Positions 35,701-47,361 of a stretch of DNA of 62,000 nt are shown in pieces. Origin of the DNA: Chiloscyllium plagiosum (taxonomy: Eukaryota); the NCBI RefSeq assembly GCF_004010195.1, contig NC_057758.1, forward strand, positions 337,598 to 399,597, written 5' to 3'. The position numbers and the translations under genes are program-made. The notes under the pieces were generated by a model. That model saw nothing but the letters and a program-made list of their open reading frames with translations, was not told where the DNA came from and searched no databases. Position 1 is the first letter of the stretch, and the number at the start of each line of letters is the position of its first letter.

Positions 35701-37770
35701 TATTTAAGTGCATTGTGTGGCTTTAGTTAGTTGATGTAAAGCTAAGGCTTACAATGGCAGGGGACTGCAGACCTGTGACATGTGCGTCTTGCTTGATGTG
35801 ATATATCAGGGAAGAGGCTGACGTTCCTGGCTGTTAATTGCAAAAAGTGTGTCCACCTTCAGCTCAAGATTGACAGCATAATGGCTCTGGATCTGCGGAT
35901 AGACTCACTGTGGAGCATCCTGGAAACTGATGAGATCGTGGATAATACATTAATTGAAATGGTCACACTGCAGGTTAGAATTGCAGTTGGAGACTGTGAA
36001 TAGGTGACAAAAAGGCAAAAAAAGAGTCGTGAGGCGGTGCCGGTGGTGCCTGCAGTCATCTCCCTCCAAAACAGATATACCGTTTTGGATACTGTTGGGG
36101 TGATGGCTCACCAGGGGAGGAAAGCAGTTGCCAGTATCATAGCAGCGTGGCGGGCACTGTTGTTCAGAAGGGCTGGAAAAAGACTCGTACGGCCATATTG
36201 ATATGGGGATTCTATTGTAAGGGGAGGAGATGGCGGTTCTATGGCAGACAATGAGACTCCCGGCATGGTATGTTGCTTCTCAGGTGCTCGGGTCAGGGAT
36301 GTCATCTATCGGCTACAGAGCATTCTAAAAGGGGAGAGTGAACAGCCAGTTGTCTTGGTGCATATACACACTAACGATATAAGTAAAACATAAACAAGAT
36401 GAGGACCTGAAAGCAGAATTCAGGGAGCTAGGAGAGAAGTTAAAAAGGAGGGCCTCAAATGTAGTGATCTCTGGATTACTACCAGTGCCATGTGTTAGCC
36501 AGCGTAGAAATGAAAGAATAGGCAGGATGAACACGTGGCTTGAGGGATGGTGTAGGATGGAGGGGGTTCAGATTTGGACTTTGGGACTTTTCTGGGGAAG
36601 TTGGGACTATTACAAATTGGACAGTATACATCTGAACCAGACTGGAACCAATATCCTCTGGGGAGTTTTTCCTCCTGCTGTTTGGCAGATTTTAAACTAA
36701 TGTGTCAGAGGTCTGGGGAACAGAAGAGAAGATAAGTAGAAAGCGAGCTGGAAACTGGAAAATGTAAGAATCATGAATTTTATATTAATAAGGGGAAGGG
36801 TAGTCAGAGAGCAGATGAACACAAAAGAGCTGGTTGACAGAAGTGCATATATTTTAATGCAATAAGTATGGTGGGTAAGGCAGATGAATGTAGGACTTGG
36901 ATTGGTGCTTGGGAGTATAATCTTTTTGCAGTCACATGGACTTCTTTGAAGGAAAAACATGATTGGCAACTAAATGTTTTAGGAAAGATATGCTTCAGAC
37001 AGGACAGGGAGGGAAGTTAAAGGGGGGGTGGAGTTGCATTGCTGGTCAGGGATGTCACTTAGTGCCAGAGGTCTGAATGGGGCAGAATTAGTAAAAAAAA
37101 AGGGTCCAGGAGAGTTTTCTGGAGCAGTATGCCAATAATCCGACGAGGGAAGGGAACACATTGGACTTGGTGTTGGGGAGTGTGTCGTGCCAGGTTGTAG
37201 AAGTTGCGAGGAGATTTTCTGGTAATAGTGACCTACATTCTGTAGGTTTTAGAATACTTGTAGACAAATATGAGAGTGGTCCTTAGGAAAGAGTACAAAA
37301 CTGGGCCAAGGCCAATTATATCAAAATTAGGCAAGAGCTGGGAAATGTGGATTGGGCACAGGTATTTGAAGGGAAATACACATTTGATACGTGGGATGCT
37401 TTCAAAGATAGGTTCACAGTAGTGCAGATAAGCATGTCAAGTTGAAAGCAAAGGATAGGAAAGGCGAGATTCGTGAACTGTGGATGAAAGAAGAAATCGT
37501 CCAACTAGACAAGAGGAAAAAGGAAGTGCAATTATATGGTCCAGGCAGCTAAGAACAGAACGGACTCTGGAGGAATGTCGGAAGAGTAGGACCAGTCTTA
37601 AACGAGGAATCAAGGTGAAGATGTATCTAGACAGATAAATGAATAAGCCAGGAGCAGAGGGACACAGATCCTGAGAGCATTAGAGACAGGTTAAAATAGA
37701 GGATCTGGATTGGCGGTGGCTTCGAGGTTGGAAGAGCCTCTTCTTACGCTGGAATTTTCCTTGTAATTGT
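35700..37770 (+). mobile_element. CR1 5' part (ORF1 Cys-motif + SGNH esterase, APE start) fused to a CR1 3' end
   Basis: ISLQNRYTVLDTV, GDSIVRG, VCCFSGARVRDV, VISGLLPVP, DSIHLNQTGTNIL; APE GGGVALLV; 3' end at about 37615-37770. Confidence 0.88.
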
Positions 37771-37789
37771 TTTTCCTTTGAGCGCAAAA

Positions 37790-38490
37790 AGACAAAAAAG
37801 GAAACATAATCAGTGAGCCTGAGAGGGAGAGACAGAGAGTGAGAGAGATACATGCAGGAATTGTGACTGATCGTGTCCTAGAAGGAGACAGAAGAAAGAA
37901 AGATAAGATGCCAGAGGGAACAAGTGAGGAAGACATAGAGAAAGATGGACAGAGAAAAACGCAGAGGGAGAGAGGGAGTCAGGAGCGAAAGAGAAATTGA
38001 GAAAATGAGACAGACAGCCAGTGACAAACACAGGAATAGTGAAGGACAGATATAGAGAGGCAGTTTTGGAGTGAGAGAGACGGAAAGGCAAATAGGGACA
38101 CAGATAATCTGATGGAGGAAGAGACAAAGGGCATGAATGAAAAGGTGGCAGTGAGAGACCGAAAGAGAGCGGGAGACAGGGAAAAAGACACTGGATTAGT
38201 GGTGCTGAAAGAGCACAGCAGTTCAGGCAGCATCCGAGGGATATACAAACATAGAGAGTGAGACAACCGAGGGAGACATCACGATAAATAGAGATACTAA
38301 GAGACAGAGAGCGAGAAACAGAGAGAGAGAGAGAAAGAGAGAGGCATATCAAACAAGGGCGGAAAGTAAAAAGAATGGGAATACGAAACAAGGAGTGAAA
38401 GACAACAGGGGTTATGGAGAGGCAGAGAGAAGAGAGAAAAGAGTGAGACACGCAACAAGGCAGAGATGAAGATAAACAAAGTGAGTGGAC
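37790..38490. repeat. GA-rich low-complexity tract
   Basis: Purine-rich; source of the spurious minus-strand Ser/Leu-rich ORFs. Confidence 0.85.
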
Positions 38491-38500
38491 TAGTGAGTGG

Positions 38501-39463
38501 ATTACGTTAATGGATTGCCATTGTTGAAGAATCTTCCTTGCTTTTGTGAATGAATAGTCATCACGATTGGGTCTCCAGTCTGAGACACGGTGAACCTCTT
38601 CCACCACATTCTAACTCTATTCTGCCAGTCATCCTGATTCTGCTGCTCAAAGCATTCACTGTCAGGCAAATTTTAGAGACCAGTCGAGCCCGCAGCAGAC
38701 TCTTGGCTCAAAGCTATGGCTAGGGGACCAGGAACACAGAGTTGCAGACTCGAAGGAAATCGATAAGTTTGCTGTTGTGTTCGCAGCCAATTTCATTTTT
38801 TGAGTCATAGAGTACTACAGCACCGAGTCAGGCCCTTGGCCCAACAGGTTCATGCCGAAAAACGTGCACCCACAGTAAACTCATTTCCGTACACTTGGCC
38901 CGTATCTTTCTAAATTTTTCCTGCATTTGTCCAAATGCCTTTTAAATGTTTCTTTGATGTCCCAGCCTAAGCCACTTGCACTGGCAACTCATTCCATTTG
39001 CGTACCACATCTTGCAAAAAAAAACAGTAGCACGTCAGTTAGCCGTTTATTCATTCCCCTCTAACGTTAAATTGACGCTTTTTATAGTCCTCAATTTCAC
39101 AAACCTGGGCAAAAATAAAGACTGAGTGCATTCACCCTATCCATGCATCTCATGATCGTATTCACTTCTATAAGATCCCCCCCTCAGTCTCCTATGTTGT
39201 AAAGAAAGAAGTCCTCGCTTGTCTTATAAATATTTTTCTAAACTTTTTCCAGTTGAATAATACTTTTTCGATAGCAAGCTGAGAAATACTTAATTAAATA
39301 CTCCGGGTGCAGTCTCACCTAAATTCTATACAACTGCAACAAAACTTGCCGATTTCTACACTCAGTGCCATGACTGATGAAGGGCAGCAGGCAACAGTCT
39401 CAGTTCTGTTCAATTTCTCATTTCATTCCAAATGCAGTTAGGGAGGAAGGAGACATTGCAGCC
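38501..39463 (+). pseudogene. GPR139-like paralogue remnant (ECL2-TM5-ICL3-TM6, plus ECL3/TM7 start), interrupted by CR1
   Basis: 38521-38800 translates, with stops and frameshifts, as LLKNLPCFCE*...DTVNLFHHILT / LPVILILLLKAFTVRQILETSRARSRL...TRRKSISLLL / AANFIF. The intact gene reads RLKNIPWFCE...GTVEITHHLLN / LPILLTVLFNALCIRQILVANRTRRRL...NRKKSIILLF / SANFLL. 39422-39463 gives FIPNAVREEGD vs FLHYFVREIGY. Confidence 0.88.
38802..39392 (-). mobile_element. CR1 3' fragment inserted in the GPCR pseudogene
   Basis: Reverse tail gagtcatagagtactacagcacc...ggcccaac and decayed reverse CR1 RT 3' sequence. Confidence 0.85.
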
Positions 39464-39744
39464 ATGATATCGCTTGGTTACTCAATGACAACGGTTACAT
39501 TATTTCTATGGTTTAGCTTTAAGTGATCTTGCTCATCAGTAAAAATCAGTGCACTTATTTCAGTAAGTGCCTCTCTCTCTTCATAGGTCAACGCTCACTC
39601 TTGACTCTACATTAGTATATCATACGTCGAGCACAGGGAATACTGGCCGTCAATCCATGCCTCGTGGCAAAGGTTACGTGTATCGAACCAAGACAAATTT
39701 TTTGCAGCATTACATGCCAGTCTCATGCATTGTCTCACCACCTC

Positions 39745-40410
39745 AAATCCTGTCAGCTTTTCTCTCTCCCTCTGTGTTTCTCTGCACCTGTCTCCCTTCT
39801 TATAACCATCTGTTTTATTTTTCTTCTTCAAATTCTCTCCATGTAGGTATTTGTTTCTCCCTGTCTTTCTTATTCTGGCTTTCCCCCTCTGTATTTCAAT
39901 CTCAGTGTCATTTTTATTTGTTTGCATTTTTTTCTCGCTTGTTCTCATTCTATTTGTTTCACTGTAACACATTTCCCGTTTCGGTCCCTCTTTTTCTCTG
40001 TAACTGTGTCTCTGCTTCTTTCTGCATCTCTACCTCTGTTTCTTCCTCTGTCCCTCTTTATTTCTACCCAACGTTGTCTCTGAAACTTCCTGCCTCTTTC
40101 TTTCTATGGCTGTTAATGNNNNNNNNNNNNNNNNNNNNNNNNNNNNNNNNNNNNNNNNNNNNNNNNNNAGCTCGCTCGTTCTACCTTCCCTCCATCTAAT
40201 TCTGTTTTCATCTGGGTTTGTACCTGTCTTTCTCTCTTTCCTTTTCCTCTCTCTCCATTTCACTTTGTCTTTCTATCTCTGTTCCTTCTTTTTACGTGAG
40301 AGCCAGACATTGATTCTGTTCTCCTCTCATTAGGCCAAATTTTCTTTGTTATTCATTAAGTGCATCACTCATTCTCTCTCTCTCCTTTCTACATTACTGT
40401 CTCCATCTCT
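39745..40410. repeat. TC-rich low-complexity tract (contains 50-N gap 40119-40168)
   Basis: Pyrimidine-rich repeats. Confidence 0.85.
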
Positions 40411-40849
40411 CACAGACTGAGTGGCCGTCCTGCTGAAGATTTATTAAAGACGTATATGCAAATCAAAAAAAGAGGAACACCTCAGGTGACGTTTAAGAAT
40501 CGTATAATAGTAGAAGCTCTGTGATCCGATACCCACCTAGTCAGATATCACGTCTATCCATATTTCGTTATGGGTTTTGATTATAAAACTGAGAAACGAT
40601 TCTGACTTCATATGATTTCCCCATCCTGAATGCTGGGGGATCCCAGACCGTCAGTGACAAAGGCACAGCAAAAGGACTTGTTTTTTATTCTCAAAAAGAA
40701 CTGTTCCTTCGATCAGCCACTTCCTCCAACCAACAATCTATACATCTCTATGGTGGATGCCGACATGAGTGCGTGCATGTACGTATTCATGCACAACCCT
40801 TCAGAAACAGAGCACCTTAAATGACTTCACAGTGTTAAAATGACTCTGG

Positions 40850-41642
40850 TTTCAAAGGAAAAACTCTCCGTTGTCTCAAGTCTGAACTAGTACGTCTGAT
40901 GTCTATAGTTTTGTCTACCAGCCATCTCAGCTTCAGGACATCTCCACAGAAATTCTTCAGGATAGCTTCCAAGGTCCAACATTCTTCCGCTGCTTCATGA
41001 ATGACCTTCCCTCTATTGCAAGGTCAGAAATAGCGATGCAAAATGTTCAACACTTCTCACGAATTCTGAACTGCTGGTGCAGACCTTTTCAACATCCAAC
41101 AAGACATGGACAATACCGGGGCTTGGTCGGACAAGTGCAAATCAACATTCATGAGACACAAATTTTAGACACTGGCCATCTGCAAAAATAGAGAATCTAA
41201 ACATCGTCCCTTGACACTCAATTGCATCACAAACGTAGAGTCTTACATTCTCAACTCAATGCAGAGTTGGGGCGCACGTATGATCAAAAGATCACTCCAG
41301 TCGCCATATAAATGTTGTGGTAGGACAGAGACGAGGAATCCTGTAGTGAGTAACCCACCTCCTGATTTCCCAATTTCGGTCTACTATGGATATGTTTTAA
41401 GACGGGAGTGAGAAGGCTCCAACAACACTCACGAAGCAAGACAAAATAATGCACTTGATTGGCATCACATTCACTAGCATTGTTTCCCTCCATGTTTGAC
41501 TCTGAACAGCAGCAGCAACGTTGCGTATTCAACAAAGATCCTTAGCTCTTTCCAAATGGATAACCATTTCCATGTAGAAGCAAAAGAGCAGACAATTCAT
41601 GGGAATTTATCGTCTGCAAGTCCCCCTNNNNNNNNCTGCAAG

Positions 41643-41692
<50 letters not shown>

Positions 41693-42500
41693 ACAGCCAT
41701 TCACCATCCTTACTTGGATATATATCCCAATTTCTTCACTGTAGCTGGGTGAAAATCCTGGAATTCCCTCCCTAACGGCAGTGTGGATCTTGGCAAGCAC
41801 ATTTACTGTAGTGTGTGAAGATGTTGTCACTTTAAAAGGTTATTTTATTGTTAGGCGTTTTTGAAGAGAGATCGTAAATGCAGAGGAGCTTGCTTGGTCG
41901 AGGATGTTTAACAATGGCAGTAGAGTGACATGTTCCTCCAGTTCAGAGTTTATGTAGTTGGGTTTAGCTGTGGCAATCACAAGATGTTTGAGTCCAGGAA
42001 GTTTGCAAGTTGCAGCAAATGTTTCCTGACTTTCTCTCCGAAATAACTTTGGATATTGTTCCCTCGTTCCTGTAAGAATCTGTGCTTCACTTTACCATTT
42101 TTGTGCAATGGTGTGTGTTTATGAGATGTTACTGGATTGGAATAGTTCCTTAGTTAACTCAGTGTATCAGGTTGGTTGAGTTTTCCAATAGTTAACTTAT
42201 TCAAAATTCCGGGTTTTTTTGCGTTCGTGTTTCAATAGTAAGTGTTAAATAAACTTTGTTTTGCTAATAGCCGAGTATTTTGACCATCTGTATCATACCT
42301 GGAATGTCCACTCACGTCTGACTTCCGAATAAAAATATAGTTAGAGTGTAGGCTACCGTCTTAAAATATCTTGAGGATTCTGGCCTCGTCCATAACAAAT
42401 GGTTCAAGACAACAGCTCAACAGCACCTTCTCAGCGTACAATTCGGAGAGCAAAAATAAATGTTGCCGCAGAGAGCCAATTCACACGTCCATCGAAAGAA
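40850..42500 (+). mobile_element. Old LINE RT end + 3' region, interrupted by a solo LTR
   Basis: ccaacattcttccgctgcttcatgaatgaccttccctc (PT.F.CFMNDLP) and WSDKCK..F; the 3' region resumes at 42398. Confidence 0.75.
41814..42397 (+). mobile_element. Solo LTR (Gypsy-type), 584 bp
   Basis: TG...CA ends with 4-bp TSD AGTG/AATG; host LINE sequence is contiguous across it; 3' end matches the LTR ends at 51150-51229 and (reverse) 60357. Confidence 0.75.
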
Positions 42501-42929
42501 CTTAAAAAAGCACTAAACTCATGACATTTCGAAATTCAATAGTTCAGGGTTTGTGGTCATGCACCACTGATAGACTGTTGCTACATATTCAGGGCCAGCT
42601 CCTTCCTTGTAACTTTGGTGAAGTTGGTCACATAGGAGATAATATTTGACAGCACCACGTGTCTTAAAAAGGCAAATATTTAACAAGATAACAAACCACT
42701 TGGGATCAGAAAAAAACAGTCTGGAAAGAAAGATAACGGAGGGTGATAAAGACATGGAGATTTTCTGCGAAAGATCGACAGCGAGGGGACACGATAGAAT
42801 GATACTGACACAGAGACATAGAGTGATGTAGAACAACATAAACTAATGAGGGAGCAGAGACGGAAAGGGGAAAGACAGACAGAAATTGATGTTTGGAGAC
42901 AGAATAAGAAATTTCTTGATGGTACTGGG

Positions 42930-44140
42930 ACGAGGATTTATTACGAACATTTCAGGTTTCCATATACTTTAGGTAATCCAGATGTGATGGACTTTGAGCA
43001 GGTCTGGTCTTCGGATTCCTTGAGTAGACCACACCTGGAACAGTGAACAATTCTAGTCTCTACTTTCTTCAGTTACAAAACTGTTAGAGCACGTTGCAGA
43101 GTTATGGTCTTCATCTCCCTCAGTTAGACGACACTCATATCAGTGTGCACAGTTCTCGACTGTGTAGACCTCAGCTAAAACACTATGGGAGCATTGTGCA
43201 CAGTTCTGGCTTCTGTATCCCTTAGTCGGACGACAATTGGAGCGCAGTATGCAGTTCCCGTTTCCATACACCTCAAGTTAGACAACACGCAGACAAACAT
43301 GCGCAGTTGCCAACAGTGCGCATGTGAGTAAAAACAAAAATGGTGCACAATGCACCCTAACTATCTCGATTTCTTTTTGTTAGGCCACTGTTGGAGCACT
43401 GTGCAGAGTTCTAATGAGACCAAATGGGAGCCGTTAGCACAGGTCTAATCTTAAGTACTCTTAGTTCGAGCAGCTTTGAAGCACCGGACACTGTTCCTGA
43501 TTTTGTACCCCACGTTTTGACTACTTGAGTGTACTGTTCTCATTTCAGTTCTGTACATTCCTTTTTGCATCTTGTTCTCAATTCTCTGCACAGTCCTGCA
43601 CTCTGCAGCATTTGTTTGGATCACAATTAAAGCAATGTGTGCTGTTCCATTCACCATGTCGCTTGTTCCAACCACTTTTCGAGGAACGTGCACAGTTCTG
43701 GTTTCCATTTGCTTCGGTTTGACCTTAAGTGGAGTATCATGTAAAGTTCCAATATCTTAATTGCGCCATATTTGGAGCACTATGCACTCCATAAACCTAT
43801 GTTAGAACACACTCGGAGTACTGTGTATCATTCTGGTTGAATACCCCGTGGTTAAATAACATTTGGAGCACTTTCCACATTATGGCATTCACAAACCTCG
43901 ATCAGACTCCATCTATAGCACCGCACGCTCATTTGCTCGTTGGATTCCTCAATTTTCCATACGTGGAGCACTATTCCAGTCTCCAAATTGTAAATTTCAA
44001 CGACACTTCGAGCACTGCACGCAGTTCTGGTCTCCATATCCACTCCGTTAGAGCACACTTGGGGCACTGTGTACAGTGTATGTCTACAAAGTCCTCGTTT
44101 GGAACATGATTGAACGATGAAGTACAATTCTGATTTGAGT
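42930..44140 (+). repeat. ~50-bp degenerate minisatellite derived from CR1 RT coding sequence
   Basis: Unit approx. CTCAGTTAGACCACACTTGGAGCACTGTGCACAGTTCTGGTCTCCATATC; units start near 43021, 43071, 43121, 43171, 43221 and 43271. Confidence 0.8.
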
Positions 44141-44334
44141 ATTCTTTAATCAGAGAGCATTAATAGACCTCCAAAACACAATGGGCACATTTTGGTCAAT
44201 GTCATTTGCGTGGAAGACAGGCCGTAGCTAACTTCCCCTTCTGTCTACAAATCTTTGGCATGGGAATTGTTCATTTTAGATTAACAAAAAACAGCAGCTT
44301 CTTCAAAGTCGCTCTCCACCCTGTGACCTGTGCC

Positions 44335-44645
44335 AACCTGTGCAGAGAGACATGAGAACACCATAGGCTGAAAACCCCCGTTAACTCTCACACACCACAA
44401 CTCCAACTTGAACTCCTTCATTCGCTGTCACTATTTTATCCTCATCTGTCTTTTTCTTTTTGTACATTTGTCTTTTAAATCTAATCTAATCTAATCTAAT
44501 CTAACCTGTGCAGAGAGACATGAGAACACCATAGGCTGAAAACCCCCGTTAACTCTCACACACTACAACTCCAACTTGAACTCCTTCATTCGCTGTCTCT
44601 ATTTTATCCTCATCTGTCTTTTTCTTTTTGTACATTTGTCTTTTA
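44335..44645 (+). repeat. 143-bp direct duplication separated by (AATCT)5
   Basis: 44335-44477 vs 44503-44645, 2 mismatches; insert 44478-44502. Confidence 0.95.
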
Positions 44646-44699
44646 TTTCCTTCTGTTTGCCCTGTCTTGACAATGGGACAGGGTATCCCCAGGGACAAT

Positions 44700-47361
44700 G
44701 GTGGACGCGATTGGGACATTGACACTATAGCATGATTCTTTGAGGATGTCTGTCTAGGAGGCAAATGATAGCAATTTAACCCTACCTCTTTCTGATCTCT
44801 CCTCTCTCCCTGCCTACACATGGATCGCAGTGAGAACAAAAGGGGGTCAAGCTATGGCCATCAATGCAGTGAGATTTATTCCCGTCTTGCTGGAAACAGA
44901 GGGCTGGGGTCATTGTATATCAATGGAGCGGAGCCTAAGTTCTAAAAATGAAAGAGAGCATTGTCCAGATTCTTAGATGGGGCTCTCGCTGGGTCATTTT
45001 CCCTTTATGGGGTTCATAGCGACGATCAGCGCTTGAAAATCCAGAATCATCAGAAAGTGACGGTCTTCTCACCTTATTGGCATCAACACAGCCTGCAGAT
45101 CCCTGCCTGACATCCGATGAAACCGATAGGAAGGGTTCATCAATGCCATCGTTGAGGACCCTCAAATATCCAGGAATGTACCATCAATATGTAAGCATTT
45201 CGAGTGCTGTATCATTGGAAGAATGTAAGTTCTGCTGAGTCCAACAGAGCTTGGCGGTCATCACAAGTGAACTAACCACGAAGTTCAATATTGAACTCTC
45301 CACCCCCAATGCATAGCGATAGCAATGTGCAGTATTTGCATCCTCCTCCCGGTTATCGCCCAAAGTGGGCATGTGCATGCAGAAATGAGCAATTGAACAG
45401 AAACTCCCTTGCCTTGGGAAATCCTTGCAAGTATTCCATCTGCTCAAATAACATGAAACATCATCATCCTGAACTAACAAGGCAGTGAGCTTGCACCGAA
45501 AAATCATCCAATCTAGGGCATTCTCTTTACTTCGAAGAAAGAATACTCTGTGATCACTTCATTGACTCGTCCAAAATGCTGAGGGAACTAGAAGGAGTAT
45601 CATTAGCTCTGTACTTAATGCAGAGTCCTGGCAGAGACAGTCGCTCCAGAATATGCACCCCTGGTGACGTCAGCTGTTCTACCAATGGGATTCTCCTGCA
45701 TGTGATCTGGCCTGTGAGTGATTCTGTTCTGCCCGTATGTGTGCCCTGACAGTGGCATTTGTCCTGACGTTGATTCTGCCCTTACAGGATTTTTTTTTTA
45801 ACTGCCGGTGGGTCTGTCCTGCCACTGGTGTTGCCTGCCAGTGGAACTATTCTGACAGTGATTCTATCTCATTCGTGGACTGCACTCCAACGACAAAGAC
45901 CCACCACTACCTCTCGTGGCAATGGTTCGGTTCTGTCAGTTGTTCTGTCCTGCCAGTGTTGTCTGCCGTCCCAGTAATGTTTCTCCTGCCATTGTGATCT
46001 ACGCTGCCAGTGCTGTCTGCCCTGCTAATGGGATTGTCCTGCATATGGTGATTATCTTGCCAGCGATTCTGATCTGTCAGTATTAACTGTCATGACAGTT
46101 CTTCTCAACTGCCAGTGGTGTCTGCCCAGCCAGTAATTCGACCCGCCACTAGTTCCACTACTTATTGTTGACTATTCTGCCATTTGTCCACTGTCCTGCC
46201 AGTGATTGGATCACTAATAGTTTACATTGTTTCTGTCGGATATGTTTCTCTGCCAGTGGGCTTGTCCTTCCAGCGATTGCTGGCCTTCTAATGGAGACCT
46301 TTTCACCAGTTGACGAACCTGCCAGTGGTATCTGTCCTGTCAGTGGGAACCATCCTGCCAGTGGATTTGCCAGCAGGACGGACCGGACTCTATGTTCAGA
46401 CATGGTAGTAGTTTCAGCTCTCAGTGTGACATCCAGTCCTCATGAAGTGTGATGGAGGAATTCTAATACTTGGCTCTACACTTCTGCTTCCATGAGGATG
46501 TCTGTGAGGGCGGTACAAAATGTCAGTGTGTCCCTCACATTTCCTGACCTCCCTGGCCACCTTATCAATGTGAAACCAATCCGAAATGGACGTGTCATGA
46601 AATTGGGACATAATACGATGATCTACACTTTGCGTGTTTTATTTACGCGATTCATTTTTTGTCATGCAATTCAAGAGAGTGGACTCGTGGGTGGGGTCGT
46701 CCCACAAACAATAGAAGTCCTAAATTCTCGTCAGCTTTTGTTGGAAATCTCGTACAGACTCGCACACGGGTTCAGCTCATGTCAGCTGGTTTGTGTGGGC
46801 ACAAGGACGTCGTTGAGGTTGCAACAGTGAAAGCTTCAGACGCAGTGATTGTGTATCTCGAACTGGTCTTTGCGGCAGAAAGCCAGTTGGCATTTCCCTC
46901 ATGGGATATGATAGCTGAATGTGTTCCTTGAAATACACCAAGGAAAGGTTCATCTCTCGGTAACTGTGAGGACTTGAGAGGATAGAAGAAGTACAGCGTG
47001 AGCTCAATCATCCATCTTTCTTGGGTCAGTACCTTGCAAACATGGAGAGAAAGGCTGTGGCCTTGCACACAAATAGCTGAACAAAACTCCAGTTTGTTCA
47101 GCTTCGCCTTTAAATAGAGTGACACTAGGTGCAACTGACGTGAAGAGCTGAATGGCTAACGCCTGTTTATTGTTACCAGTCACATTAACTCTCCTCTGTG
47201 AGATACAGTTTGAGATACAACTCTCCTACCACTCTGCCCCAGTCCAGTGAGAAAAGTAACTGCTCCTGAAATACCTACCAGATGCCTTCTTGGGTCTCTA
47301 TTATAGATGTGATCTGGAGGTTTGTTGAACGGACTGCAATGGTAAAACTGTCCAATCTGGA
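44700..47361 (+). pseudogene. Probable decayed NACHT-LRR (NLR; NLRC3/NLRP-like) gene
   Basis: Motif remnants in NLR order: FFED (44736), FNP (44775, same frame), VFS...H.SLQ (45063), GRM*VLL (45217), SLQVFHLL and HPELTRQ (45419-45485), LNAESWQR (45614). LRR-exon-like pieces: VVSALSVTSSPHEV (46408), CAG|C-FCWKSRTDS (46735), CAG|T-LRYNSPT...KLSNLE|GT (47209-47361). Confidence 0.55.
45670..46375. repeat. ~19-20-bp degenerate minisatellite (core CTGTCCTGCCAGTG)
   Basis: Dozens of diverged TGCCAGTG-containing units. Confidence 0.8.

Noticed and set aside
37810..38607. 265-aa minus-strand ORF, and the 210-aa ORF at 39567-40199
   Set aside because: Translations of GA/TC low-complexity tracts.
39374..39392. 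CTGATGAAGG as a hammerhead
   Set aside because: No stem II or GAAA follows; it is antisense CR1 sequence.
40416..40485. Small AG/GT-bounded open segment (LSGRPAEDLLKTYMQ...) containing an ATGCAAAT octamer
   Set aside because: No recognisable homology; the acceptor is supplied by a TC-rich repeat and a single octamer is expected by chance.
41614..41680. CTGCAAG duplication and poly-C run
   Set aside because: It flanks an 8-N gap and is probably an assembly overlap artefact.
42930..44140. CRISPR-like repeat-spacer array
   Set aside because: Eukaryotic context; the units are contiguous and diverged with no unique spacers and no cas genes.
46414..47134. Minus-strand Harbinger Myb/SANT-like ORF
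   Set aside because: No convincing motifs; plus-strand LRR-exon remnants explain the region better.
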